Assembly: GCA_023231475.1 (NCBI GenBank)
Contig: JALJEE010002407.1
Location: 45,773 to 65,772, forward strand
Source: Seison nebaliae
Lineage: Eukaryota
Length of the DNA stretch: 20,000 bases
Reading direction: 5' to 3'
Shown here: positions 1 through 11,931 of the stretch, one piece after another
Layout of the letters: each line of letters starts with the position of its first letter
Position numbering within the stretch: position 1 is the first letter of the stretch
Notes under the pieces: generated by a model
The model's database searches: none
What the model was told of the DNA's origin: nothing
The model's input: only the letters and a program-made list of their open reading frames with translations
Translations under genes and position numbers: made by a program

Positions 1-1272
1 AGATAATGCTAAAAAAATACAAATAAAAAATTCACACTCTTCCCAACAACCATGAACGATGATCATAAGTATGATATTAGAAAGTTTACAATTATTTGAT
101 ATTATTGCGAAAAGGCAAATGGATTTCCTCTGCTTCTTCTGATGGGAAAAAAGTAGTTTCACTATCGTCCTTCCACCCTATTAACATTTGGTATGGCAAT
201 TGCTAATTCGGCTACGGTATCTGGAGAAGAAATTTACTTCCGTCTTAAACAACTCCCGCCGATACTCATTCCTCCCCACCTCAATCTCGAGTAGAATCGT
301 AATGAAAAGTGAAGATTGGAATGAAGTATCTATTTCTTCCGAAATTAACACCGCAGTCCTATTTCCTGTTCCATCGAATAACATACTTTCATAGGAAGAA
401 ATTAATTAAAATTTATTAATTTCTCCCATCACATATTGATTAGGATGGAGGAATCCATCATAAAACAAACATAGGAAAGAGAATGAGAGAAGTTTTCTTT
501 AGATATTTGAAGGTAAAAAATGAGTCGAAGGAAATGATAAAAATGAGAATGATTCACAACAAATGATTTCAATTCCAAGTGAGTTCGTTTCTTATCCGAT
601 GAGAAATATTATGAATAATTTTAATGAAAAAACGAGAATTTTCACCTTTGTTTTCCATCAGATAATGCCTAATATCTAATTGGAAAATATTCAAATTTGA
701 AAATTGTCGAATGATATAAAATTTATGGAATGGGATCTCCTCCTGGAATTGTAGTTATTGATTATATGAGTGATGTTTGTTTATCGATGTCTAGAAAAGG
801 AAATCAATCAGAAGAGAATTGAACATTCATTCGCCAAATGAAGAGATGATACTTGTCCGGCGACTCGATCGGAACGACAGTGAAAATCGGAGAACGTGAA
901 GTAGACAGAGAACCTGAATCTATTTCGAACCGGTACGTTATTATTCCAGATAGGAATAGTGATGAGATAAAAATAAACAGATTAAAATAATAATGATGAT
1001 GGGAATGAGAAGAAGAATAAGACGGAATGGAAGAAAGTTGTTGTAAAGAATATGTATATATGTTGTATAAACGAATTTAATGCGCTGATGACGGAGGAGG
1101 ATGTTGGCAACGAAGAGTGGAAAATTAGGAGAATTTGAAGTTGAACATCAAAGTGGAAGATGAACGTAATAGTAATAATGATGTCGATTGAATGCATGGA
1201 TGGAAGAGGAGTTGTTTCTTCCAAAAAAATTTGGAGAAATAATTTTTCTTTAATTTTATTCATAAACTAAAC

Positions 1273-1428
1273 TATCGATACACTGACTCGGGCATACACG
1301 TTCCACTCAACATACCGACATCTGACACCCAAAAGAAATAATTCGTTTCTTTATTTAATTTAATTAAAACGATAATTTATGTAGGAAGAACGAGTTCCTT
1401 GATTGGAGCTCATATATACGCATATTGG
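1273..1428 (-). promoter_or_regulatory. Possible core promoter firing leftwards
   Basis: TATCGATA (DRE-like palindrome) at 1273-1280, TCAGT (Inr-like) on minus at 1282-1286, and two CCAAT boxes on minus at 1402-1406 and 1424-1428, just upstream of the ATG at 1263. The motifs are short, and no downstream gene could be built. Confidence 0.25.
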
Positions 1429-2830
1429 ACCCGTTGCTTTTACGTAGAGCCACACCTATCTTCAAATCAAGCACATCATCTTATCATCGTATGGAATAAA
1501 CGTTAAATGGCATGTATTTGTATAATGATCCATATGGAGAGGATATATGTGAAAAATAACTTGAAATTATTAGAAACTATTCAAAAATCATTAGCCCACT
1601 ATACAACTAATATAAAAAGAAACTTTCATTACTTAACCAAAAAACCGAATTTTAATCAAAAATTAATTGCCCAACTATTTGATTTGCGGTCCGATTTCCT
1701 ACTGAAATTTAGTGTTACTCTAAACAACCGTAAAATGATTCAATTGAACATTATATTTTTTATGAAACAAATAATAATTTTTTCGAAATTGAAAATTTCT
1801 CATTTACATTCCTCCCTAACATTTATCTGACATATTTGGAGAAAGTGGGAAGTGATAAAGGAGAATTGAAAAATATTTCTTCAAAAAAAAAATTCAAACA
1901 ATAATCATTGAACTCACTACATAATACAGTTGTCAGTATCATTATTCATGAATTCGATGTTGCCTTGTTATCGAGAGATATTGTATGGGAGAAGGAATGA
2001 ATGTTCACGATAACAATGTTCATTAGTTATATCGATTCAACTATTCGTTCGTTGAATTAACTCGTTAGATAAAAAGAATTTCCATTAACCGATGTTACAT
2101 AATAAAAGATATTTATCAGATGATCATTATTCTCATTACGTATTCGATTATATAATAGAAGAATGACTGATTGATTATTTTAGGAAGAAGCAGTGAACTG
2201 ATCGAATGGATCAAATAGTTGGTTGGAGGGCGATAGAAATCGGTTGGATAAAATTAATTCATCTCCCTTTCACCTCAAGTAAACATAATCTTATGAATTG
2301 ATAACAGATGTGAATTTAATGCAACTTAATCTAATATTTATATGAAATGTTCCCGTCGATTCTCTGTCAGATTTCTTAATTATCACAAATTCAAATTCAA
2401 TTTGTTATGTGGCGAACTGACTCCTCTTCTTTTTCTTCAATCAACTAATCAAACAACAAATACCATAATAGTATATGAATCATACACATACTCATCGATT
2501 ATATAATCTACTCGGACTGGAATTCATCACGTCATTTCTTTCACCATCATTGTGATTTTTGGAATGGAAATCAAATTTGGACGAATTTCCGAATGGAATT
2601 CATTCAACTTTTTTTATTAATCGGACGGAAATTCCTTATAGTATCTTTTTGATCTTAGTATCTTGTAATTTCACATTTATTCAGATATATCTTAATATTC
2701 CACTCTCATTCCTCATGAGAAATATGTGTAGCATAATTTCTAAAATTTCTGCTAAATAAAACTGAATTTCAATGATTTCGTTTCCACAATAAATTTTCAA
2801 TTTGATAATGATGGCACAAATATATTATTC

Positions 2831-2970
2831 CGTCCAAATTGGACGTTTAAAAGTTGATAGTAGAATTAATTCTATTTGAAAATGAATAGAATTCGTCTAT
2901 GAAGAATTTCCTGTTTCTATTGAATTATCTTTAGAATGATAATTATCATTCATCAATCGATGTTTTGATG
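2831..2970. repeat. Cluster of palindromes / short inverted repeats
   Basis: CGTCCAA-A-TTGGACG 2831-2845; TAGAATTAATTCTA 2861-2874; GAATGATAATTATCATTC 2934-2951; CATCAA-N8-TTGATG 2951-2970. Confidence 0.8.
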
Positions 2971-3287
2971 TCAGGTATTTATCTCTCCTTATTCAACCGT
3001 TCATTTTTTTCATAGTGAGGGTTGTGTAATAGAAGAAGAAGAGAATTGCATAAGAGAAAGAAAACAAACGAAATTTAATGAAAAGAGAAGAAAATAAGAA
3101 GTTTTGATCAAATCTGCTTCGTCATCATCGAAATGGGATTTCTGATATTTCCGATAATAATTCATTCAATTCCTTCTCCTCATTGCCTGGTGATATAGTT
3201 GTTTCGAATACGTTCATCATCTGCAAATAATCCACTCATTAATTATATCAACATGGATTATATCAACGAATAATTTATCTTTATCGT

Positions 3288-3312
3288 TTCTTCTTCTTCT
3301 TCTTCCTCCTCC
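3288..3312. repeat. Short (TTC)n/(TCC)n microsatellite
   Basis: ttcttcttcttcttcttcctcctcc read directly. Confidence 0.8.
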
Positions 3313-3625
3313 AAAATTAGTAATCGCTCCCAAAACTTATTATAACAAATCGTCCAGTGTTAGTCCATTCCACATCTGTTACTTCCATCAAATTCCCCTT
3401 CTGATGTATAATCGATCGATATACAGAGAAAATCTCATAATTCCTTCTAATGCAAATTTCTTTTTCATCCATCATATAATATCATCAGTCGATATAAAAA
3501 AAGAGATGCCAACTACTATCAATATTAATATTAGTATTAATGAAAATTTAGAGGATTGGATGTGGTTATATCTCCATCGGAATCGGAAGACATCAAATAG
3601 TTTAGTGCATGGAGATGGAATGAAA

Positions 3626-6600
3626 TTAGAAAGTAACAAACCGCCCATTCAATGAAAAACTTCTAACGCCTGGTCGATCGTAATTGCCTTGTTGGAAATC
3701 CATCAAACTAATCGTTGGAACATCACTCCCATTGATCATACTGGCAATTGCCGTCGGATTAGTATTATGATTATAATAACCGTTTTGACTCAGATAATTA
3801 TTTGATGAAGTTCCATTAATTAATTGTTCCGTCGATTTGTTGTATGACTGATCTGGATACATCATTGGCAATTCAGTTGTTGACGTTGACGTCATACCAA
3901 CTACATCAAATTATTCATTAAAACTTAATTTAATGTGTTAATTTAACCTAAACTATTGGCAGACGTTAAAGGATCAGTGGATGGTTCTTGTTCCATCGGA
4001 TAATGTGGAGCTGACATCATCGAATGATGGGAATGATGTCGTTGTGGATATTGGTAGAAAGCATTCTTATGTGGTGAACGACCACGATGATATGCTTGAT
4101 TTCCTCCACAAACCGTTTCCGTCGGTAATTGACAGGTAGGTGGAATGATTGGAAAAACACTCGTCTCTTGCATCACAATATCTCGTTTAACCGTTTTCAA
4201 AACTACAAAAATTTCAATAATAAAATATTCATAAAAATAATTCTGAGAATTAATTCAAATAACATTCTCTGATTTTCGCTCTCTTCAAACAATTTCTCAG
4301 GAATAAACACAAACAACAAGATGTCAACAACGCCAATAAGGGCAGGAGACCCAAGAGAACCGTCGCCGCGATCAATTTATCATCATAATCCAAATCATTC
4401 ATTTTAAATTTACGAATTTTACTACACATTTTCTTAATGGAACCAAATTGGAAAATGCAAAAAATAATTTCAATTACTAACTACTAATCGATGAACTAGA
4501 CCGTTCGAGTTGGCATGTTCGATCGCTTCGTCATCTGAAAGAATTCGATTTCCACGAACTAACGAAAAAACTAATGAAGTGAAATCTTTTCTGATCGACA
4601 ATGGTTCAATCGATGCAATCGATGGAATCACACCTGCCGTTTTCGACAGAGCCTCCATCAATTGTGGTAGTTGTTTTTTCACTTGTTCAATATCCTGATT
4701 TAATATCGCTTGTAATCGATTACTGCAATCTTTCGTTACATGAACCTGAAAATTATTTTGAAAAATTTGAGTTATTTCAAAAATTGAACTTTACAAATTT
4801 TATCAGCGAAATTCTTTTCCTGTTTAGCTCGAATTTTCACATAAACAACTTTCGCTTCCTCTTCATCGAATTGTTGAATGAAACTGGAAAATGACGGGCC
4901 AATTTTTAAACAAGCGCCATTACTTGGAAGAATTTCAGTTGACGAGAAATTCCGATGAATAAGAAAAGTGTTTCTGTTCAATTGACGATTTCTCGTTCTC
5001 ACTTCTTCGATCGAGTAAACGATATCTTCAAATAAATGTTCATTCTCCAATTTCGTTCGGAGAATACATGACGATTTACCAAACGGTAAATTATCCAGCA
5101 TTAAGTGAGCTAAAATTGAGAAAAAATCAAATTTTTCACAAATTTTACAGTCTAACAATTTTCACAAGATGAAAAATTTTCGAAAACCATCGGTGTTTCT
5201 GCGTCAGCGACTTGACAAACGTGGATGATTGATTTAGCACAATCTTCCACTTTCTCCATCATATCTAAGTTTTTCAGAATCTTTATCACATTTATAATTT
5301 GAATTAATCGAGAATGATGAAGGAAAAACCTGCGCTTGGAACATGAAACAATCCTGTTGAGCGGGTAATAATTTCCTCAATAATAACGTTCCATCATTAT
5401 GAAGAACAAAATATTTTCGATCATTCAAATCTCCTGAAATTTCACATGAAAAATATTTGATTATTAATTACAAATTATAAATTAAATTAATTAATATACA
5501 ACAATTAAACCTGATAAAGTTAAAGTTGGATAAATTTCTGTTAAGTTGTCCATTTGATAAAAGTTCAATTTTCCTATTGTCGTTCCAGGTTTATTCTGAG
5601 ATTGACTAATGGTAAAATGATAATCGAAATTTTGTCCCATATCATTCTGAAATTACATTAGAATATCATTCAAATATGATGGAAATTGAGGGATGATGGA
5701 AACTAACAAATTCCGACGGTTTTACAAAACATATCGGATTGTCTTTCTCGTTCGTTATACAGATGGGTAGAAGTGTTACATGAACATTGGACGAGGGACT
5801 ATAGTAAGATGGAATTGAATTAATAAAAGCGATTATCGGTAACTGAAAATGAAAAGTTAAAATTTGAAATTTAATGAATAAGGAATGAACATCAATGATG
5901 ATATGTTTAGCTGTTGTTATCGATCGTAGGGGAAGATATTTCTCAGTATCGTAAGATTTGTGCAATTCAATCATTCCCGATTGTCGATCGATCGAGAAAT
6001 CTTCATAATAATTCAATAATTGATAATTGGAAGAGAAATTATTTCGAGTAATTCCGTTTGGTAAAATGAAAAAATATTGGACGTTATTTCCAGCGGCTAA
6101 ATCACTTATGAAAATTTTGAAAATTTGTCCGGTAGAATTCTGAAAAATTAAGAAATTTTTTTAAAAAATTTTAAATTTTAATTTTATAAACGAACTTCTT
6201 TTATGTTGTATTGACATTCTTTCCTTTTGTATTCGTTGTACGTCGGATAAATTTGGGGAAGTGGAGATGAAATGATGTTGTGGCCAGTGAGGTCAATAAT
6301 CAAATTGAGGAAGGCCTTCCTCCCACAAGAATTACGACATTCGATTTTCAACATTATCTGGTCTTGTCTCGATAAGATATCAGAATGTAATAATGACGAT
6401 TCGACCACTAATAATCCAGTTTTTCTGCTAATGGAAAAATGATCTATAAGAAATGAAAATCAAAAACATAAACTAAAAGCAGACAAACTTTGTAAAACAT
6501 CAGCGTTGGCTGTTGATAAGGAATAATCCACATCTGAATATGTTATATCGTTCGGTAAAGTTCTTTGACATGTGACTTGTTTAAAGACGGTTTTCGATGG

Positions 6601-9600
6601 CGTATTGACATCCAATTGAATGAATTCTGAAGCAATTTGGGGACAATTAGGATAATCACATTGGAAGTTCAAAGTTTCGATTCCCTCATTATCAACATGT
6701 ATTTGCAACTAAAATTAATTGAATTGATAAATAAAAAAATCATATAAATTATCAGAAATTTTAAATATTGTTCTTTCTTTTTATTTTAATTCGAAATCCC
6801 TTCGTGGCAAAGAATTAAATCGAAGAATATTTTAACCAAATTCGTAATACAAAATTGCTCCGAATTACATGATAATGTTGGTGCCATAAAGAGTCTTGAT
6901 CGATTTCTGTTCGTTGATCTATCACAACATCTTATCGGTAATGTAAAGACAAATCTGGAAATGAAAAATTGTTTCAATTGAAAAATTTGTGGAAAAAAAC
7001 TTGTTTGAAACAGACGAGTATAATTTGAGTGGGAGATCCATCAACAATCGACGAGTTTTTATTCTCTTTCATTTTCAAAATATAAAACGGATAAAATGAT
7101 GATAAATTGATGATAAATTGATGAAAACCTGATCGTTATCGATATAGAAATATTCTCTGGCTAATTGTAAATTTTGATCGTCATGTCCCAAAACAGACGA
7201 AGGATCTTGAATGATGTTACAAATTAGTTCGTCCTCCACATCTTTATCATTCAAATTTAAGAAATTGGAAATATTCCTTTGAAACACGTCGAGATTGGGT
7301 GTTAGTATGTCACATACAGTGGGACTTTTAACAACATTAATTTTGGCGATTGTTGCTAAATGAGAATTCTAAAAAAGAGAAAATTATCAAATTAATATGA
7401 AACGGAAAAATTTAACGTATTGATTGACTGAATTGAGGGGAGAAAATGAATTGGAGTTTTGGGTAAATATGACAATATCTGACGTTATCCGTTCATTTCC
7501 CAAACGATATTCATAGTCGTTATTACATTTAGTCACTTGGATTTTATAATGGAGAATGCGAGGTAAATGTGGAACTCGTAACAAAAAAAATTCACCTAAT
7601 TTCAAATAACAATTCAAATATAAGAGAATGTTAAGCAAACCCGATAATGGAGAGAATTCATGAATAAAAATTTGGGAAGATAAATTTCCGTTAGAAATAA
7701 TTCCGTTTGCCGTAGCGTTCTCTTTATAAATTAATAAATATTCACTACATTCTTCTAAATTTCACATGAATGAAAATGAAAAATGAAATTTATGTGGAAA
7801 CGGTTTCCGAGAAAAGCTATCGGTTTTCTGAATTGAACACCCAAAAATTCGCCGTTCTCAATTAACGAATGTTCACAAATATAATCGTAATAAATTCCAT
7901 GAGAGAATTGAGGCAATTCTGCCATTGCCGTGTTGACGGATTTATTGAGAAATGTAACCGAACCTGAAAATGAATTAAAAAGTTTTAAAAATTCAAAAAT
8001 TCAAAATAAACATTTTGTTTCGGTGATATTGAGATTTTGTCGATGTCTAACCGAATATGTGACGTCGTATAAAAAAATTTGTGGAAACGATTTTATATTC
8101 ATTTCATTCACTTTCAATACGTTTCCATCAATTTCGAACAAATTCTAAAAATTTTCCTTTTGTAGAATGGGAGAAAATTGAAGAGGGAAACCGTTGGCAA
8201 CGATTGAATTCGATTAGCTGAATGACCCACGACACTGTTAATAGTAAATTGGAAATTCTGAATTTGATCATCTGATTCGACGGACGTGGCTAAATAATAT
8301 CTTTCCAAAACATCTGTTTGAATTTGAATTTTAAATGAATTAGAAAAATTATTTGACCTTTCGTTCGATTATCTGATTTGCAGATGATATTCTGATTGGG
8401 GAAATCCGTCGTGCTGATATCGAGAAAGAGTTGTTTATCACAATTCTCGTTCGAGATGATGAGCTTCAGACGAATTCTTTAAAACAAAGGACGAAATCAA
8501 AACTTTTAATATTATTCGATTGAGATTACGGAAATTGAATAATTGATCTTCATTTCCAACACTCACAACTCCAGTTATTGGATCAATACGAAATCCTGTG
8601 ATGGAACCATCATTCGGTTCAATCACTTGGAGTGAAGTGAATCTAATATTCGATCTATTCCCATCAATCGTCGAAACATCAATTCGAAATAATTTAGTAT
8701 CTAAATAAAAATCAAATAGAAAAACATGAGAATTCAATAAGAACTTTGCGGTAAATTGTCAGATAATTGACGGATTAAATAAAATGTTTCGTTCGTTTTG
8801 ATCGTATTGATATTTGGATAGAGTGCAGTTAAACGATCAATTGTTACACATCGATTATCATCCACTAATTGTGTTCTATCAATCACGTATAAATTGAGAA
8901 TTGCTTCACTTGATATTAGTTGTCCCGTCCCCAAATCCATCGAACAAACAACTCGAAATCTAATTCTTAATTTAGAATTTATCAACAAATTAATAAATTT
9001 TAAATACGAACGGATCGGGAGAGATTGATTGAATATTATTTCTTACGATTATTTTTCCCGTTTCTTCTTCCATTAAGAAGAGGTTGGAATCATTTGGATC
9101 GAATGGAAATAATTGATATCTGATAGGACCATTTAAATTCTGATTATTTTGACACTAATAATGATCGGAATTATGATGAATTATCAAAAGAAAAAGATGT
9201 TAAACTTGTGTTTGGATAGAATTCGTATTGTTATTAATGTCGAAAAATTCGAAAAGTTGAGGGTGTGCGTCGACGAAACTCAACGACGATACTTGGAAAT
9301 TGGAGGGAGAAATTTGGAATTTCTTGAAAGTGGAAAATCCTCGTCCTATTTCCAAAATTGTTAAATTGCAGATATCGCAAACACAAACCTTGCTCATCAG
9401 TACATCGGATGAAATATGAATGAAAGGAGACAGTGTTATCGAATAATAAAATATTCGGTTTCAATTCGATCCTCCATCGATCTGGTGAAATTGGACGTAA
9501 GAAAAATCTGAAGAGAAATTCGAAAAAAAAATCGAAAAGAAAATTTAAAAAAAAATTACTTTTCTTTCGATGGTAGACCTTCCAATGTACAAATGGTACC

Positions 9601-11674
9601 ATCGATTCCATTAATTCCTGAATCAAGATCAGAAATCGGAAATTCTGTTATAATTCCGTTATTAACATCTCCATTATTTAACTGAATTATGTGAATTGGA
9701 GGAAGGATGAAAATAAATATTAAACTGAAAGGAAAATATCGGGTGAATCTATTTGAACTGGGTTGTCGTTTTTATCTTGTAAATCCAAATTAATGAGAGT
9801 CGATGTTTCTATTTGTCCACCGTTCGGTGTGATTGCAGTTAACTTAAAAATATTGTTGAGATTTTATAATGTGTTCAAGAACTTGTAAAGGAATTGTTCT
9901 TAATGACTCGAAATCGAAATTTGCACCGTTTTCAATAGTTAGTGCAAATTGATTGACATTTCCATCAAGTACGCCATCTGGTGATAATTTGATGGAATTG
10001 AGTAATTGTTGAATTTGCACATCGGTCGATGGAGATGTTAATTTTATTTGATACGATTCGAATGGACTCTGATGAAAAGAATAAATAATTTTGATTTTAA
10101 GTTTAAAACGATTTCTGGTGAGACGAATTTTATTGACGGAATTATGAAGGAGAATCCATTTGATGGTGTCTCTGGTAAACGAATGTTAATGGCACCTGTT
10201 GTTCCCTCAAATCTCTTAGGTTCGTCATCGATATTTTGAACATCGAATGCCACCTGTGGAAAAATGTTCAATTGGAAATATGGATGAAAAAACAAACTAA
10301 TTTAGCGGCTGAAGTTCCACCGTTCGCGTCAGTTACTTTCATTGGAATTCTGATAATATTTCCATTTGCTAATAGATCGGATGCTACCAATTGTCCATTG
10401 ACAAAATTATAATCAGCATTTAAATTCGCTTTTAATTCAATTTGACCGGTTGATGGATTTAAACTCAAATATTTTTGAGCTAAAACAAAATCGTTGGAGG
10501 ATAATTGAACTATTTGAGATTATTTGAATTTGAAATAAATTTGGGATTAAGATAAAATTGAACATTCATTCCGTTCCGCTACCGATAATCCATTATATTC
10601 TTGTTCTGTTAAGAAGGAATATGTGAGTGCTCCAGAAGCACCAGATGTTTGAACATTCAACGGAAGAATAGTGTTCTATAAAATCATTTTAATTTATTTT
10701 TTAATTGAAAATAACAATTTGTAAATTCTCTCCAATTGGAATTAGATTGTTCGGTGAAAGATTTAATTCTATTGAACTTCCAGTTGATCCGTCAGTTACT
10801 AATAGATAAGAATGTCTCGTCGTGATAAAACCATCCTAAAGAAATTTGTTGACCTTTTCTAAAAGAAATTTGAATTTAACGTTCGTCTCACAAACGATTT
10901 GTACAATTTTTTTGAGATCTGCAGGTATTTCACCATCCAAAACTAAACGATATTTCCATTGGAGATTAGTGTTTCCAAGTAACGCTTCCGTTTTCACTCT
11001 CAAATTTGAATTCTAATTTATTCTTAGACATCTCCAATTCCAAATAAAGAACTAACGTCACTTGCACAATTTGTAGTTCCGACAATTCTATTCGTTTGAT
11101 CTGCGTCAGTCACGGCAATCTCAGGAATAATAACACCACCATCAGTTAAATTCTAGGAGAGAAATATGAATTTATGTAATGGATTATTCTACGAACCGGA
11201 TCTAATCGATAAATTGATCCATCTTCTACAAATATCGGTTTATTATCGTTATCGTTCAGAACATTTATTTCCAATGTTGCCGTCTCAAAATCCGTTCCGC
11301 CAAATTCTTTCGCAGTAATTACGGCAATAATTCGAAATTCATTCTGATGGATAATGGAAGTTATTTAAGAAATTCTAAAAGTTGAATGGAACTTCAAAAT
11401 CTAAATTTCTAGATAAAAATAATTCATTTCCGTTCCTCAATTCTAGAGCGTCCGATATCACTTCAAATACTACCACATCGTTGTTAATGTTGGTTACTCC
11501 AGTTAACGTAATTATTTTTGTTCCTACTGCCCATGTTTCATTGAGATTGATTCTGGACAACTCATTTAGATTCGTTTCCGTTATTTCACTCACAACTGAC
11601 GAGATAATATGATTGGGATTTAATGATGATTACTAACCGTTAATGATGAGTAGACAATAAATTATTAAGTACAT
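3626..11674 (-). CDS. Large cadherin-related single-pass membrane protein (non-classical, CDHR / Cad99C-PCDH15 / CDH23-like architecture), 38 exons, roughly 2000 aa
   Basis: Manual splicing gives one open frame: signal-peptide-like MYLIIYCLLIIN-VVSE; cadherin motifs RNLDFE, INVLNDNDNKPIF, AVTDAD, LNPSTGQIEL, VQNIDDEPKRF, NFDFES, LQDKNDNPVQI, ISDLDSG, FRIDPITGVVSV, FSISRKTGLLVV, FSIDRQSGMIEL; a membrane-proximal non-cadherin segment; a TM helix; and a low-complexity tail ending GRFVTF*. The 3' end is uncertain because a GTTTGT donor-like site lies at 3641. Confidence 0.9.
4298..4375 (-). other. Transmembrane helix of the cadherin-related protein
   Basis: LIAATVLLGLLPLLALLTSCCLCLFL (26 aa) followed by basic RNCLKRAKIR, a positive-inside stop-transfer pattern. 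Confidence 0.9.
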
Positions 11675-11915
11675 TTCTTTGAAGAATCAATTGGGAAAAT
11701 TTCAATTTTATTTCAGATAAAGAAAAATGAAAATTTTTGGAAATAAATTCTCTTCCAAAAAAAAAGAATTAACAATATAAATCGAGATGAAGCACATCAA
11801 AATAAAACAAGAGAAAGAAAAAAGAGGTTAATAGTGAAAATACTCCGATAAAATGAAAAGTTTCTTTACAATAAGAAATGATAATTGAACGGACAATAAA
11901 AAGAATTTTTCCTTC

Positions 11916-11921
11916 TTTATT
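11916..11921 (-). promoter_or_regulatory. Candidate polyadenylation signal of UTP4
   Basis: AATAAA on minus 10 nt after the stop codon; the motif is common in AT-rich DNA. Confidence 0.4.
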
Positions 11922-11931
11922 CTTCGAAGAA

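Noticed and set aside
181..394. Overlapping 67/68-aa ORFs on both strands
   Set aside because: No recognisable motif, and no splicing produced a convincing extension.
791..824. GTTCAA...TTTCTAG candidate intron on minus
   Set aside because: At 34 nt it is shorter than any supported intron, and all frames across it stop quickly.
982..1263. 93-aa hydrophobic ORF
   Set aside because: The F/I/S bias simply reflects TC-rich low-complexity sequence; no family features.
1507..1830. 107-aa plus-strand ORF
   Set aside because: K/N/I/F-rich translation typical of chance ORFs in AT-rich DNA.
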